From: Bacteroidota bacterium
GTDB taxonomy: Bacteria > Bacteroidota > Bacteroidia > UKL13-3
Assembly (NCBI GenBank): GCA_030699355.1
Contig: JAUYMZ010000454.1
Coordinates: forward strand, 1-47,078
Length of the DNA stretch: 47,078 nt
Direction: 5' to 3'
Position 1 is the stretch's first letter. Every line of letters begins with the position of its first letter. The notes beneath the pieces were generated by a model. It saw nothing but the letters and a program-made list of their open reading frames with translations. It was not told the origin of the DNA and made no database searches. Shown piece by piece: positions 38,521 through 47,078 of the stretch. The translations under genes and the position numbers were made by a program.

Positions 38521-38563
38521 AAAGGAGGCTGTCTTAAAAAGGCAGCCTCCTTTTTTATTTTTT
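38521..38563 (+). terminator. Rho-independent terminator of the giant gene
   Basis: Arm aaaggaggctgtc (38521-38533) pairs with ggcagcctccttt (38541-38553). That gives 11 perfect bp plus one G-U and one G-C pair, with a 7-nt loop ttaaaaa. It is followed by ttttttatttttt. Confidence 0.75.
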
Positions 38564-38585
38564 AGGCAAGTAAAACAGAAAACAA

Positions 38586-38593
38586 TATTTTTG
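38586..38593 (+). promoter_or_regulatory. Candidate Bacteroidota -7 box (TATTTTTG fits TAnnTTTG) for the thioredoxin-like gene
   Basis: Exact TAnnTTTG match 20 nt upstream of the ATG at 38613 and just downstream of the preceding terminator. No clear -33 TTTG. Confidence 0.3.
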
Positions 38594-38612
38594 CGCCCTA
38601 AAAATTGAAAGC

Positions 38613-39233
38613 ATGAGCACAACATTAAGCAAATTTGATTACAAGGAATACGTAGACCAGGCAGTAGATTTTGATACTTATTTACATACAATGGAGGCAG
38701 AAGCAGCCCTCAAAGCAACAGAAGGGTTATTGGCTTACGTTCCAATGAATTTACAACGTGTAAGCAGGATTTTAAAAACATACCAAGCATCAAGTGAATT
38801 ATTGAGTTGCCTAAAAGACATAAAGCATCCCTTAATTTGGCTGGTTATTTCTGAAAATTGGTGTGGAGATGCGGCACAGATTGTGCCAGTGATGCAAAAG
38901 ATTGCCTTGTTATCTGAGGGTAAAATTTCCCTTAAGTTGATATATAGAGATGCGCATCTTCCATTAATAGATGCTCATTTAACAGGCGGTAGCCGTTCTA
39001 TTCCTAAATTAATACAGCTAGATTCTCATTTTAATTTAAATGCCGTTTGGGGCCCACGCCCCAATGAAGCACAAGAACTGGTATTAACACTTAAGAAAAA
39101 CCCGGCCACCGCTGCTACTTATTCTGAAGAACTGCATAAATGGTATGCACAAAACAAACAAAATTTTATAGAACGTGATTTAATTAAAGCCATACAAAAA
39201 TCTGCTGCTTTTTGTCCTGATTGCTTTATTTAA
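38613..39233 (+). CDS. Thioredoxin-fold family protein (monothiol WCGD site; C-terminal CPDC)
   Basis: LVISENWCGDAAQIVP sits where a thioredoxin-fold CxxC normally lies, followed by a cis-Pro-like context (SIPKLIQL). The extreme C-terminus is ...AAFCPDCFI. Confidence 0.55.
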   Translation: MSTTLSKFDYKEYVDQAVDFDTYLHTMEAEAALKATEGLLAYVPMNLQRVSRILKTYQASSELLSCLKDIKHPLIWLVISENWCGDAAQIVPVMQKIALLSEGKISLKLIYRDAHLPLIDAHLTGGSRSIPKLIQLDSHFNLNAVWGPRPNEAQELVLTLKKNPATAATYSEELHKWYAQNKQNFIERDLIKAIQKSAAFCPDCFI

Positions 39234-39239
39234 CTCAGA

Positions 39240-40124
39240 TTATTTTCCGTCGCTTGGCAAACCAATAAGCGGAGTTTTACCGTCGGTAATAATAGTTTTA
39301 GTATTTGGCGAAGTAGATAAGCTTTTAAAAGCATCTATTTGCTTAAATTTAAGGATGGTAGGTGTTAAGCTTTTGTCTAACATATCGTTTGCTTTAGCGT
39401 TTGCTTCTGCTTCAATTTTGATTGCGTTGGCCCTACCTTGGGCTTCTAATTCCAATATTTGTTTTACCCCTTCAGCAGCAATAATTTTTGAGTTTTTGTC
39501 GCCTTCTGCTTGCAATACTTTTCTTTCTGCTTCTTTGCGCTCCCTATCTTTTAAAAATTCCATTCTTTGTGCTTCTTGTTCTGATTGCAACTTTTCTTCT
39601 ATTGACCTTGATAAACCTTGAGGCAATACAATCGACTTTAAAAGCACTGCTTCGATAATAAATCCTTTATTTTCTAGTACTTCCATCATTCTCTCCCTTA
39701 TTCTAATTTCTATGGTAGCACGTTTGGCGCTATGCATGTCTTTGGCATCAAACTGCGAGCATACGTCGGCAGAGGCCGATCTAAAAACAGGAAGAATAAG
39801 GACACTCTGATAATCTAATCCGGTATATCTTAAAATATTGTGAACTTCGCTCGTTTTTATCTTGTATAAAATGGAAATGTCTGATTGTACGGTTAATCCT
39901 TCTTTGGATGGTAAGCCAACATTTATTTCTAAGTTGATAGTATTTATAGGAACTCTAATCATAGTAGAAATAAATGGATTAAACACCCTAAAACCTGCGT
40001 GGTAAACATCTTTGTTTAACTTGCCTAGTGTACGTTTCACCGCTACTTCGTCCTGAATAATTGTGGTGCAGGAACTTAAAAGAAAAACAGCGACAACAGC
40101 GCTCATTTTTAATATTGTTTTCAT
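39240..40124 (-). CDS. SPFH/Band 7 (prohibitin/HflC-like) domain lipoprotein
   Basis: SPFH core (VPINTINLEINVGLPSKEGLTVQSDISILYKI...) and a C-terminal Glu/Ala/Lys-rich coiled coil (EQEAQRMEFLKDRERKEAERKVLQAEGD...). I prefer the start at M21 of the track ORF (ATG ending at 40124), giving MKTILKMSAVVAVFLLSSC. The track ORF extends to 40184. Confidence 0.8.
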   Translation of the reverse strand: MKTILKMSAVVAVFLLSSCTTIIQDEVAVKRTLGKLNKDVYHAGFRVFNPFISTMIRVPINTINLEINVGLPSKEGLTVQSDISILYKIKTSEVHNILRYTGLDYQSVLILPVFRSASADVCSQFDAKDMHSAKRATIEIRIRERMMEVLENKGFIIEAVLLKSIVLPQGLSRSIEEKLQSEQEAQRMEFLKDRERKEAERKVLQAEGDKNSKIIAAEGVKQILELEAQGRANAIKIEAEANAKANDMLDKSLTPTILKFKQIDAFKSLSTSPNTKTIITDGKTPLIGLPSDGK

Positions 40125-40274
40125 AATTTGTTGGTTAAAACATCTAAACATTTTTAATGCCTTATTTGTTTTAAATTTGTACATTTTATTTGATATTTTT
40201 CAATCCTAAATAAACTACAAATCAGACAATTATCTGACAAACAATTTTAGGTTGAGGCTTGTACAAATGGTTTT

Positions 40275-40282
40275 TATTTTTG
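40275..40282 (+). promoter_or_regulatory. Candidate -7 box (TATTTTTG) for the fasciclin gene
   Basis: Exact TAnnTTTG match about 105 nt upstream of the start at 40387. A TTG lies about 20 nt further upstream (40252-40254). Confidence 0.3.
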
Positions 40283-40386
40283 TTTTTATCTTAGTTTTTA
40301 TGTTTCATTATCAGGGTAAAAAAAATATTTAGAAAATATTAATAAACCATTGTTGACCCAACTTGTAATAATCAGTCACAACATAT

Positions 40387-41331
40387 ATGAACTACATGAA
40401 AAAAATTAATTTTTTAGCCATTGCTGTAGTAGCTACCGCGATGATTTTTACAGCTTGTAAAAAGGAAGACACCAAAACAGAAACGCCAGCACCTTCTGCT
40501 CCAGTTCAGAAAACCATTGCTGGCATTGCTAGCGGCGATACCACTTTCTCCATTTTAGTGGCAGCTTTAAACAAAGCTGGTTTAGTAGCTACTTTAAACG
40601 GAACAGGAAATTTTACTGTTTTTGCTCCAACCAATGCCGCATTTAGAAAATATGAAATAGATGAAAAGGTAATTAGTGAAATTACTGATGCCGAGGATAT
40701 CGAGGAGTTAAAAAGCGTTCTCTTATACCATGTTCTAGGAAGCGAAGTTAAAGCTGCTCAACTTACCAATGCGTATGTTCCAACATTGTTTACCGTTAAT
40801 GGCAATGGTGTTTCATTAAAAATTGGTATTGCTCCTGTTAAATTAAATGCCGAGGTAAATGTAACTACAGCAGATGTAGATGCAAGCAATGGTGTTATTC
40901 ACATTATTGATGATTTGCTTTTCCCTCCAACCATTGTAGATATTGCTTCAAACGACCCATTGTTTAGTACATTGGTTGCAGCGGTAGGTAAGGCAGGTTT
41001 AGTTGAAACGCTTGATGAAACAGAAAATTTAACTGTTTTTGCTCCAATCAACCAAGCTTTTACAGATATTAATTTTGATCTAGAGGCTACAAGTAAAGAA
41101 GCTTTAACACCCATTTTAACAGCTCATGTTTTGGGTAGCCAAGTAAGATCTACTCAAATAATGAACGGACAAAAAGTTACTGCTTTAAATCCAGCTGTAG
41201 AGCTTACCTTTAACACTACGTCGGGTGTAAAATTAAGCGGTGGAAAAACAATTGATGCCTCTGTATTAGCTGCGGATGTGCAGGCTACTAATGGTGTTAT
41301 TCACGTAATTAATAAAGTAATTTTGCCATAA
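40387..41331 (+). CDS. Fasciclin (FAS1) domain lipoprotein with two FAS1 repeats
   Basis: Lipobox (IFTACK). Two copies of the FAS1 signature: FTVFAPTNAAF ... NGVIHIIDDLL, and LTVFAPINQAF ... NGVIHVINKVI. An alternative start is M4 at 40396. Confidence 0.9.
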   Translation: MNYMKKINFLAIAVVATAMIFTACKKEDTKTETPAPSAPVQKTIAGIASGDTTFSILVAALNKAGLVATLNGTGNFTVFAPTNAAFRKYEIDEKVISEITDAEDIEELKSVLLYHVLGSEVKAAQLTNAYVPTLFTVNGNGVSLKIGIAPVKLNAEVNVTTADVDASNGVIHIIDDLLFPPTIVDIASNDPLFSTLVAAVGKAGLVETLDETENLTVFAPINQAFTDINFDLEATSKEALTPILTAHVLGSQVRSTQIMNGQKVTALNPAVELTFNTTSGVKLSGGKTIDASVLAADVQATNGVIHVINKVILP

Positions 41332-41359
41332 TACGTTTTAGGTTTTAATTTTAGAAAGG

Positions 41360-41393
41360 AGAGAGCATGCCACGTTGTATGCTCTCTTTTTTT
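41360..41393 (+). terminator. Rho-independent terminator of the fasciclin gene; overlaps the stop codon of the convergent gene
   Basis: Arm agagagcat (41360-41368) pairs with atgctctct (41379-41387), with a 10-nt loop, followed by tttttt. On the minus strand the same hairpin has no U-tract. Confidence 0.55.
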
Positions 41394-41898
41394 ATTTAAC
41401 CCTATTAAAACTAAGTAATCCATTGCAACAATATGAATATAAAAAAATGCTATCATTAGTCACAATATGGGCTATTTCGCCTCTATGTGAAAGTTTTGGA
41501 ATAACAATAAATTCTCCATCGTTAGAATAAAAGGTTTCTTTGGTAAATGAGCAGTGTAGTTTTTTGCCAGTTATGCTTTGGCTTTTACCGGGTATTAAAT
41601 TATACGAAGCGGTTGAGTCTTTTTCGCTTAAATTATAGATGCCGTAGCTGGTAAATTTATTTCCACTTGTTTGAAATTGACTAACAGAATCGCCATAAAA
41701 TTTCATATAAAACAAGTTGGTAGGGCTTGTACTCAAATTTCCTTGTGTATTAACGGAGTAGCTATTTACACGCCATGTTCCTTGAAGTGAAAATACTTCT
41801 GGTGACGCTTCAGTTTCTTTTTTACAGGCAGAAATGGTAAATAAAAATAGGGCTATTGCAGATAATATAGTTAATTTCATATGATTATTTTTATGCAA
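41392..41898 (-). CDS. Hypothetical lipoprotein
   Basis: 168-aa ORF with a signal peptide and lipobox (LFLFTISACKK). No family motif recognised. The real start may be M7 (MKLTIL...). Confidence 0.5.
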   Translation of the reverse strand: MHKNNHMKLTILSAIALFLFTISACKKETEASPEVFSLQGTWRVNSYSVNTQGNLSTSPTNLFYMKFYGDSVSQFQTSGNKFTSYGIYNLSEKDSTASYNLIPGKSQSITGKKLHCSFTKETFYSNDGEFIVIPKLSHRGEIAHIVTNDSIFLYSYCCNGLLSFNRVK

Positions 41899-41967
41899 AG
41901 TAGTTGTATGATAATCTTTAAAAAAAGAGGCATATCAACTTTAGTAAACTATTAAGAAATTTTTGGT

Positions 41968-43725
41968 TCAAACCGAATAAGTATTTGGGAGTTTACATAT
42001 AAAAGTGGCACCTTGCATGGGTATGCTTTTTACCTCAATGGTTCCGCCATGTTTTTCTAAAAGTTCTTTGCAAATAGGCAAACCCAAGCCTGTTCCTTTT
42101 TCTTGTTCTGTGCCAAGCGTGCTGGTTTTTTCTGAAATATCAAAAAGTAACGGAATTTTTTCATTTGGTATACCAACTCCATTATCTTGAACGGTGAAAC
42201 TTACGCCACCTTCTATATTCAATATATGGAGCCAAATTTGGCCACCTCTATGGGTAAATTTTATAGCATTGCTTAGTAAGTTTCGCAATACGGTACTCAT
42301 TATGTTTTTATCTAACATTAACGGCATGTTTACTTGGTTTTGAACCGAAACTTTTAGCTCTTTTTTCTCCAAATTTACCCGCACCAAATCTATTACCTCA
42401 TCCACTAAAATTTGAGGGTCAATTAGGCTCGGGTTAAATGCAAGCGTTCCAATTTTTAACCTCGACCATTCGAGTAAATTTTGAAGCAAATCGCTGGCTC
42501 TTTTTGAGGATATTTCTATAGCATGGGCATGTTTTGCTAAATCACTGTATTCTCCTGCTTCTATTTGTTCTTTTAAAATTTGAGATAAGGCCACAACATT
42601 GCCAAACGGACTTTTTAAATCGTGTGCAATAATGGAAAACAACTTGTCTTTGGCGCGGTTGCTTTCTTCTAGTTCACTTGCTGTTTCCTGTAATTTATTA
42701 ATTAGTTTTTTCTCCTCGGTAGTATCTTCAACTGTAGTTAAAACCAAGGTTTCAGAATCTGTTTTTATAATGGCAGCATGTAAAAGTCCTTCGAAAACAC
42801 TTTGGTCTTTTCGTTTAAACCATGCTTTTTTATTGTGTAATTCTCCTTTTTCTATGAGTTCTGAAACAAGCTTATTGCGCACCTCCAAATCTACCCAAAG
42901 GTTTAATTCTTGAGATTCTTTGCCAATTACTTCTGCTAAGTTATAGCCAGTTATTTTTGTAAAGCTGTCGTTTACTTTAAAGATAGTATTGGTGGCAGCA
43001 TAGGATAATATTATGGCATTGGGTGCATGCCGAAATGCCATATAAAATTTTTCATCTTGTAATTTTATCTCTTCTATAAGCCTTCTGTTTACTGCAATTA
43101 CAATGGAAAAGCTAAGCAATACGCTTAAAATGCTATATGCTATAATAACGAATGCCTCAAATAATCCGCTATCAAAATAGCTTGTTAAGTTTTGATGGGT
43201 GCCTACTATTTTAGATATCCGAATGATATTAATGAGAATATAAAGCCAAATAAGGACTTGAATATCTCGTGTTAAGCTTTTGTAATAGGCATTAATATCT
43301 CTAGATAAAAACCAAATACTTTGCAAACTAATCCCTATAAAAAACAAGGAAAAGCTTATCATTCTTAAATTTACCTGAGGGCTAATGTATGTATGGTAAT
43401 ATAGGAAGATGCTATAAATAGCTATCAACAATAGGCTTTGTAATTTTCGAGGTTTTTGTCCGATAAAGGTGGATAGTCCGAAATACAACAAAACCATTCC
43501 CCCAAGGCTTAGTAAATTTGAAATAATTATGGAGAAGAAATCGGGAATTTGTCCCCTTAAAATCACAAGTACTAAGGCTATGGCTTGCCAAAAAAAACTC
43601 AGAAAAAACAGGTGTAATCCTTCATATTTATTCTTATGTGTACGCCACAAACTTGCAAGCACAAGCGAACCAGATAAAACAATGAAAATATAAAATAAAA
43701 AAGCAGTTCTTATTTCTAAATGCAT
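41968..43725 (-). CDS. Sensor histidine kinase: polytopic N-terminal membrane sensor, PAS, HisKA, HATPase_c; no adjacent response regulator
   Basis: About six or seven hydrophobic segments in the first 210 aa or so. PAS-like region (FRHAPNAIILS...ITGYNLAEVIGKES). H-box FSIIAHDLKSPF. N/G boxes LLSNAIKFT, DNGVGI, GTGLGLPICKELL. Confidence 0.85.
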   Translation of the reverse strand: MHLEIRTAFLFYIFIVLSGSLVLASLWRTHKNKYEGLHLFFLSFFWQAIALVLVILRGQIPDFFSIIISNLLSLGGMVLLYFGLSTFIGQKPRKLQSLLLIAIYSIFLYYHTYISPQVNLRMISFSLFFIGISLQSIWFLSRDINAYYKSLTRDIQVLIWLYILINIIRISKIVGTHQNLTSYFDSGLFEAFVIIAYSILSVLLSFSIVIAVNRRLIEEIKLQDEKFYMAFRHAPNAIILSYAATNTIFKVNDSFTKITGYNLAEVIGKESQELNLWVDLEVRNKLVSELIEKGELHNKKAWFKRKDQSVFEGLLHAAIIKTDSETLVLTTVEDTTEEKKLINKLQETASELEESNRAKDKLFSIIAHDLKSPFGNVVALSQILKEQIEAGEYSDLAKHAHAIEISSKRASDLLQNLLEWSRLKIGTLAFNPSLIDPQILVDEVIDLVRVNLEKKELKVSVQNQVNMPLMLDKNIMSTVLRNLLSNAIKFTHRGGQIWLHILNIEGGVSFTVQDNGVGIPNEKIPLLFDISEKTSTLGTEQEKGTGLGLPICKELLEKHGGTIEVKSIPMQGATFICKLPNTYSV

Positions 43726-43818
43726 GGGGCAATATAGTTTTACTTTTTTATTTGCAACTATGATATTAATCAGGGATTTATATATCTTTTAGTAGGCAAC
43801 TTATAAGCTCTGTTACTA

Positions 43819-44607
43819 TTATGGTTTGGGCTGTAGTTTGTAATTTTCATAGGCTACCACACGTCTTCTCGATTTGTTAAAAGCAAGCATCCCACCAGCG
43901 GCAGCTGCTACCGGACTAATTGGATAAACGAATATTCCTGCTATCATACCTAGGGCTGTACCTCCCAATGTTGGCCAAAATTCTCCCTTTATGTTTTCTG
44001 TGTTTCCTAGTTGATGAACCACTGCTGCATTACTAAAGACCGAAACTCCAATGGCTCCAATTAATGCACCAACCAATGCACCATCATAAGAATAAGAAGA
44101 AACAACTGCATCGCCAATAACTGCCCCAGCTATGCCGCCTACCAATGCCCCTAAATACCCAGCTCCTGCTCCTGCAATGATTTGTGCAGTCATGCGCTGA
44201 TTTTTGGGTAAAGGGCCCTCGTAATTTTGCGCAAACTCTTCCTTTGGTAAATAGTTTTCTGTAATATCTTGCCTTTTACTTTGTTCTGTATTGTTTTCAG
44301 GCATAGGTTCAGGCGCGGGCTCACTGGCAATTAAAACTACGCGAGATAATAAAATTATTTCGGCCACTTGTTTTAATTTTAATGTTTTAATATCATTTAA
44401 ACTAGCTTGAAAACTATATTTAATAAGCGAATCGTTCTGTCCGGCATAATACCCATAATAAAATAGGCCCAAGGTACTTTGAATGCGCACCGAGTCTCCA
44501 ACTATAAGCTCAGCCAATCGCATGTTTTGTTGTGCTTGTAAGTTATAACTGCATCCCAATGTGATGATAAGAAACAGCTTAAATAAATTAAATTTAACTC
44601 TTTTCAT
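43819..44607 (-). CDS. Hypothetical secreted/membrane protein with a C-terminal glycine-zipper region
   Basis: Signal peptide (LFLIITLGCSYNLQAQ). A Pro/Glu-rich linker (EPAPEPMPEN). A Gly/Ala-rich hydrophobic region: AGAGAGYLGALVGGIAGAVIGDA...GALVGALIGAIGV...GGTALGMIAGIF. Confidence 0.45.
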   Translation of the reverse strand: MKRVKFNLFKLFLIITLGCSYNLQAQQNMRLAELIVGDSVRIQSTLGLFYYGYYAGQNDSLIKYSFQASLNDIKTLKLKQVAEIILLSRVVLIASEPAPEPMPENNTEQSKRQDITENYLPKEEFAQNYEGPLPKNQRMTAQIIAGAGAGYLGALVGGIAGAVIGDAVVSSYSYDGALVGALIGAIGVSVFSNAAVVHQLGNTENIKGEFWPTLGGTALGMIAGIFVYPISPVAAAAGGMLAFNKSRRRVVAYENYKLQPKP

Positions 44608-44715
44608 ATTTTAACCTAAAAAACAAATATATTCATTTTCAATTATTTTTAGAAAACATTAACATAATCTAATTTTAAGATTATTTATATTCGTTTTAAC
44701 TGTATACTCACAATT

Positions 44716-47078
44716 ATGTCAATTTTAAATAATCAAACTTTGAAATTTAGTTTGTTACTCTACTTTCTTATTAGCCTCAATTTTTGCTTGCAAGCTAGCC
44801 GTCCAAACTACCAAATGCAACAAGGTTTTATGGCAAATAAGGGTCAGGTAAAAAATCAATTTGGCCAGGCTAATAATGATGTTTTTTATGTTTTTCAAAG
44901 CAAAGGCGTAAAGGTAATTCTGAAAGCAGGAGAGCTAAGTTATGAGATAGTAAAAGAGCAAAAAATACAGCGTATAGATTTAAGTTTTATTGGGGCCAAT
45001 AGGGTTGAACCAAAAGGAAAAAAGGTTTTAGCAGGAGAAATTAATTTTCATAACCCCAATAATATTCAAGAGTTTTTAACCAGTCAACAATACGAAGTAG
45101 TAATTTACGAAAATTTATATGCAGGCATAGATTTAGAATGTGTTGCTACGGTAGATGGTTCTTATAAATACAATTTTATAGTTCATCCTGGGTCAGACGC
45201 CAATCAAATTAAAATGCAGGTTTTGGGCACTCAAAAAGCTTGGGTAGATAAACATGGAAATTTATGTATGAAAACCATTAGTGGCGAATTAAAAGACGAA
45301 TTACCTTTAAGTTATGAAACCAACGCCAGTGCTGAAATATTACATAAAGTGGAGGCCAAATTTGTACCATTACATAAAAATATTTTTGGCATACAAACCT
45401 CAGCTTATAACAAACAAAATACCCTTGTAATAGACCCCATCGTTTGGGCTACTTATTTTGGTGGTTTTAACTATGATATAGGGCAAGCAATGCAATTAGA
45501 TAGTTCGGGTAATATTGTGCTGGTAGGACAAACTTATTCATCTGTTGCTATTGCTACTGTGGGTGCTTATCAAACTTCTTTGGGAATTTCTAATGATGCC
45601 TTTATTGCCAAATTTTCTCCCTCGGGTGTGCTCCTTTGGGCCACCTATTTTGGTGGAGTAGGCAGTGATTTAGCCAATGCTGTTGCCATTAACCATGCGC
45701 AAGAAATAATATTGGTAGGAATTGCAAATTCCCCTACTGGCATTGCTACTGCTGGTGCTTACCAAAGTTTATTAGGAGGAAATAACGATGGTTTTGTGGC
45801 TAAATTCTCTCCCAACGGTGCTTTACAATGGGCAACGTATTTGGGATGGGATGGAGTAGAGAGTTTAACAGGAGTTTGTGTTAATCCAAACGGAGATATT
45901 CATGTATTGGGTAATACAAATTCTGGTTCTGTTGGTAATTTCCCCGATGTTCATTCCGATACTTCGAGTGGCTTTTATGATATTTTTTTAGCTAAATTTT
46001 CTTCTGCTGGGAGCTTAAAATGGATTACCATGTTTGGAGGAGATGGAAACGATTTCTCAAATACACTCAATCTCCATACCAATGGAAATCTTTATTTCTC
46101 AGGTCATACCTATTCAAACCATGGTCTAGCAACGCCAGGTGCTTATCGTGAAACACGAAATACAGTTAACCCAGATGGTTTTGTGGCCATATTCGATTCA
46201 ACCGGAAACTTGTTTAAAGCCACTTTGTATGGTGGTGCCAAATATGATGTGTTTACAGAATGTACTATAGATTCTGTGGGCAATTTATATGCGGTAGGTT
46301 ATACAAACTCCCAAGATAGTATTGCAACAGCTGGTGCTTTTCAATCTAGTTTTTATGGTCAGGTTAATGCTTATCACATGGCCTTAGTAAAGTTTGATGC
46401 TAATCTTAATCCGCTTTGGGGAACCTACATTGGCGGAAGTAGAAATGATTACTTGCAATCTGTAACGATTAGCAAAAACGGTTATATTGTTTGTGGTGGA
46501 TATACCAACAGCGATAGCCTTGCTACCCTGGATGCAGACCAAGTTTATCTTACTACATTAAATTATCAAGCGGCCTATATTGCTGTTTTTAAGCCAGATG
46601 GAAATAGGCATTATGCTAGTTATTATGCTGGTAACACCTCTACTTATATTCAATCTGTAGTTACTGATAAAAACAACCAAATATATTTTTCGGGCTCAAC
46701 CAACTCAAGTTTATTTATTACCACAACAGGCGCACACCAAACTAATTATGGTGGGTCTACCGATGCTTACCTGGTTAAATTGCAAATAAATTATCCTGAG
46801 ACTAATTTGCCTCTAAGCAATAACTTACTATCTACCTCGCAACAAACTTGTGGAGCCTCCCAGCCAAGTATTATAAATGGCTCTTTACCCAGCGGTGGCA
46901 ATGGTTCTTTTACTTATTTATGGCTGCAATCTACCACAGGTGCAACTGGATTATTTACGGTTGCTGCCGGTACAAATAATGCTCAAAATTACCAACCTGG
47001 AACTATCTATCCGCAAACTTGGTACAAACGTCGGGTTTACTCGGGTGCAGATAGCCTTGAATCAAATATTGTTTTAAT
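44716..47078 (+). CDS. SBBP (beta-propeller repeat, PF06739-like) surface protein; 5' part only, the ORF runs off the right edge
   Basis: Not in the ORF track because there is no stop in the window. My translation from the ATG at 44716 gives MSILNNQTLKFSLLLYFLISLNFCLQA.... At least six repeats follow of the form W.TY.GG...D.A..V..D..GN.Y..G.T.S....T.GA.Q....G..D.F..KF...G, for example LWATYFGGVGSDLANAV...GNNDGFVAKFSPNGALQWATYLG. A later segment SLPSGGNGSFTYLWLQST...YQP...WYKRRVYSG is typical of large Cytophaga/Flavobacteria surface proteins. Confidence 0.75.
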   Translation, partial: MSILNNQTLKFSLLLYFLISLNFCLQASRPNYQMQQGFMANKGQVKNQFGQANNDVFYVFQSKGVKVILKAGELSYEIVKEQKIQRIDLSFIGANRVEPKGKKVLAGEINFHNPNNIQEFLTSQQYEVVIYENLYAGIDLECVATVDGSYKYNFIVHPGSDANQIKMQVLGTQKAWVDKHGNLCMKTISGELKDELPLSYETNASAEILHKVEAKFVPLHKNIFGIQTSAYNKQNTLVIDPIVWATYFGGFNYDIGQAMQLDSSGNIVLVGQTYSSVAIATVGAYQTSLGISNDAFIAKFSPSGVLLWATYFGGVGSDLANAVAINHAQEIILVGIANSPTGIATAGAYQSLLGGNNDGFVAKFSPNGALQWATYLGWDGVESLTGVCVNPNGDIHVLGNTNSGSVGNFPDVHSDTSSGFYDIFLAKFSSAGSLKWITMFGGDGNDFSNTLNLHTNGNLYFSGHTYSNHGLATPGAYRETRNTVNPDGFVAIFDSTGNLFKATLYGGAKYDVFTECTIDSVGNLYAVGYTNSQDSIATAGAFQSSFYGQVNAYHMALVKFDANLNPLWGTYIGGSRNDYLQSVTISKNGYIVCGGYTNSDSLATLDADQVYLTTLNYQAAYIAVFKPDGNRHYASYYAGNTSTYIQSVVTDKNNQIYFSGSTNSSLFITTTGAHQTNYGGSTDAYLVKLQINYPETNLPLSNNLLSTSQQTCGASQPSIINGSLPSGGNGSFTYLWLQSTTGATGLFTVAAGTNNAQNYQPGTIYPQTWYKRRVYSGADSLESNIVL

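Noticed and set aside
40225-40238. Imperfect palindrome cagacaattatctg in the SPFH/fasciclin divergent region, considered as an operator.
   Set aside because: Six of seven pairs match in a 14-mer within AT-rich DNA. No nearby regulator gene exists to bind it, so the evidence is too weak for a feature call.
46877-47077. A 66-aa ORF listed at the right end of the window.
   Set aside because: It lies out of frame inside the long SBBP reading frame that starts at 44716.
1-47078. A search for CRISPR arrays, tRNA/rRNA genes, transposases, integrases, restriction-modification systems, toxin-antitoxin pairs or known defence systems.
   Set aside because: I found no regularly spaced direct repeats, no tRNA-like cloverleaf candidates in the intergenic regions, and no ORF with recombinase, helicase, ATPase, methylase or defence motifs. 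Every long ORF is accounted for by metabolic, efflux, signalling or surface functions.

Overview
AT-rich chromosomal segment, almost certainly from a Bacteroidota genome. Evidence for the lineage: a type-A T9SS C-terminal sorting domain, an SBBP beta-propeller protein, many lipoprotein signal peptides, and TAnnTTTG-type -7 boxes. All family calls come from motifs read by eye in the supplied translations; no searches were run. I see no rRNA, tRNA, CRISPR array, transposase, integrase or recognisable defence genes. Content, left to right: (1) a tightly packed five-gene minus-strand beta-1,3-glucan (laminarin) operon with no SusC/SusD pair in the window. It encodes a clan GH-A domain fused to a roughly 600-aa barrel-like domain, a CBM/Big_2 lipoprotein, GH16, a cytoplasmic 1150-aa GH94-clan phosphorylase-like protein, and GH17. 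(2) An AlkB-like and CarF/TMEM189-like membrane di-iron enzyme pair. (3) An orphan TPR histidine kinase. (4) An OmpR/HK-controlled CzcCBA-type RND efflux operon, interrupted between the adaptor and pump genes by an OprB-like porin gene and a four-helix-bundle gene carrying an in-frame TAA. (5) A secreted SNase-like nuclease, a DUF2461 protein and acetyl-CoA synthetase. (6) A 10.4-kb gene for a 3482-aa T9SS-secreted beta-helix protein built from three roughly 1000-aa super-repeats. (7) Thioredoxin-like, SPFH, fasciclin, lipoprotein, PAS-HK and glycine-zipper genes, then the 5' part of an SBBP beta-propeller protein. The most unusual item is the laminarin locus and its glycosidase::barrel fusion. 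I cannot show that it is a truly undescribed system.
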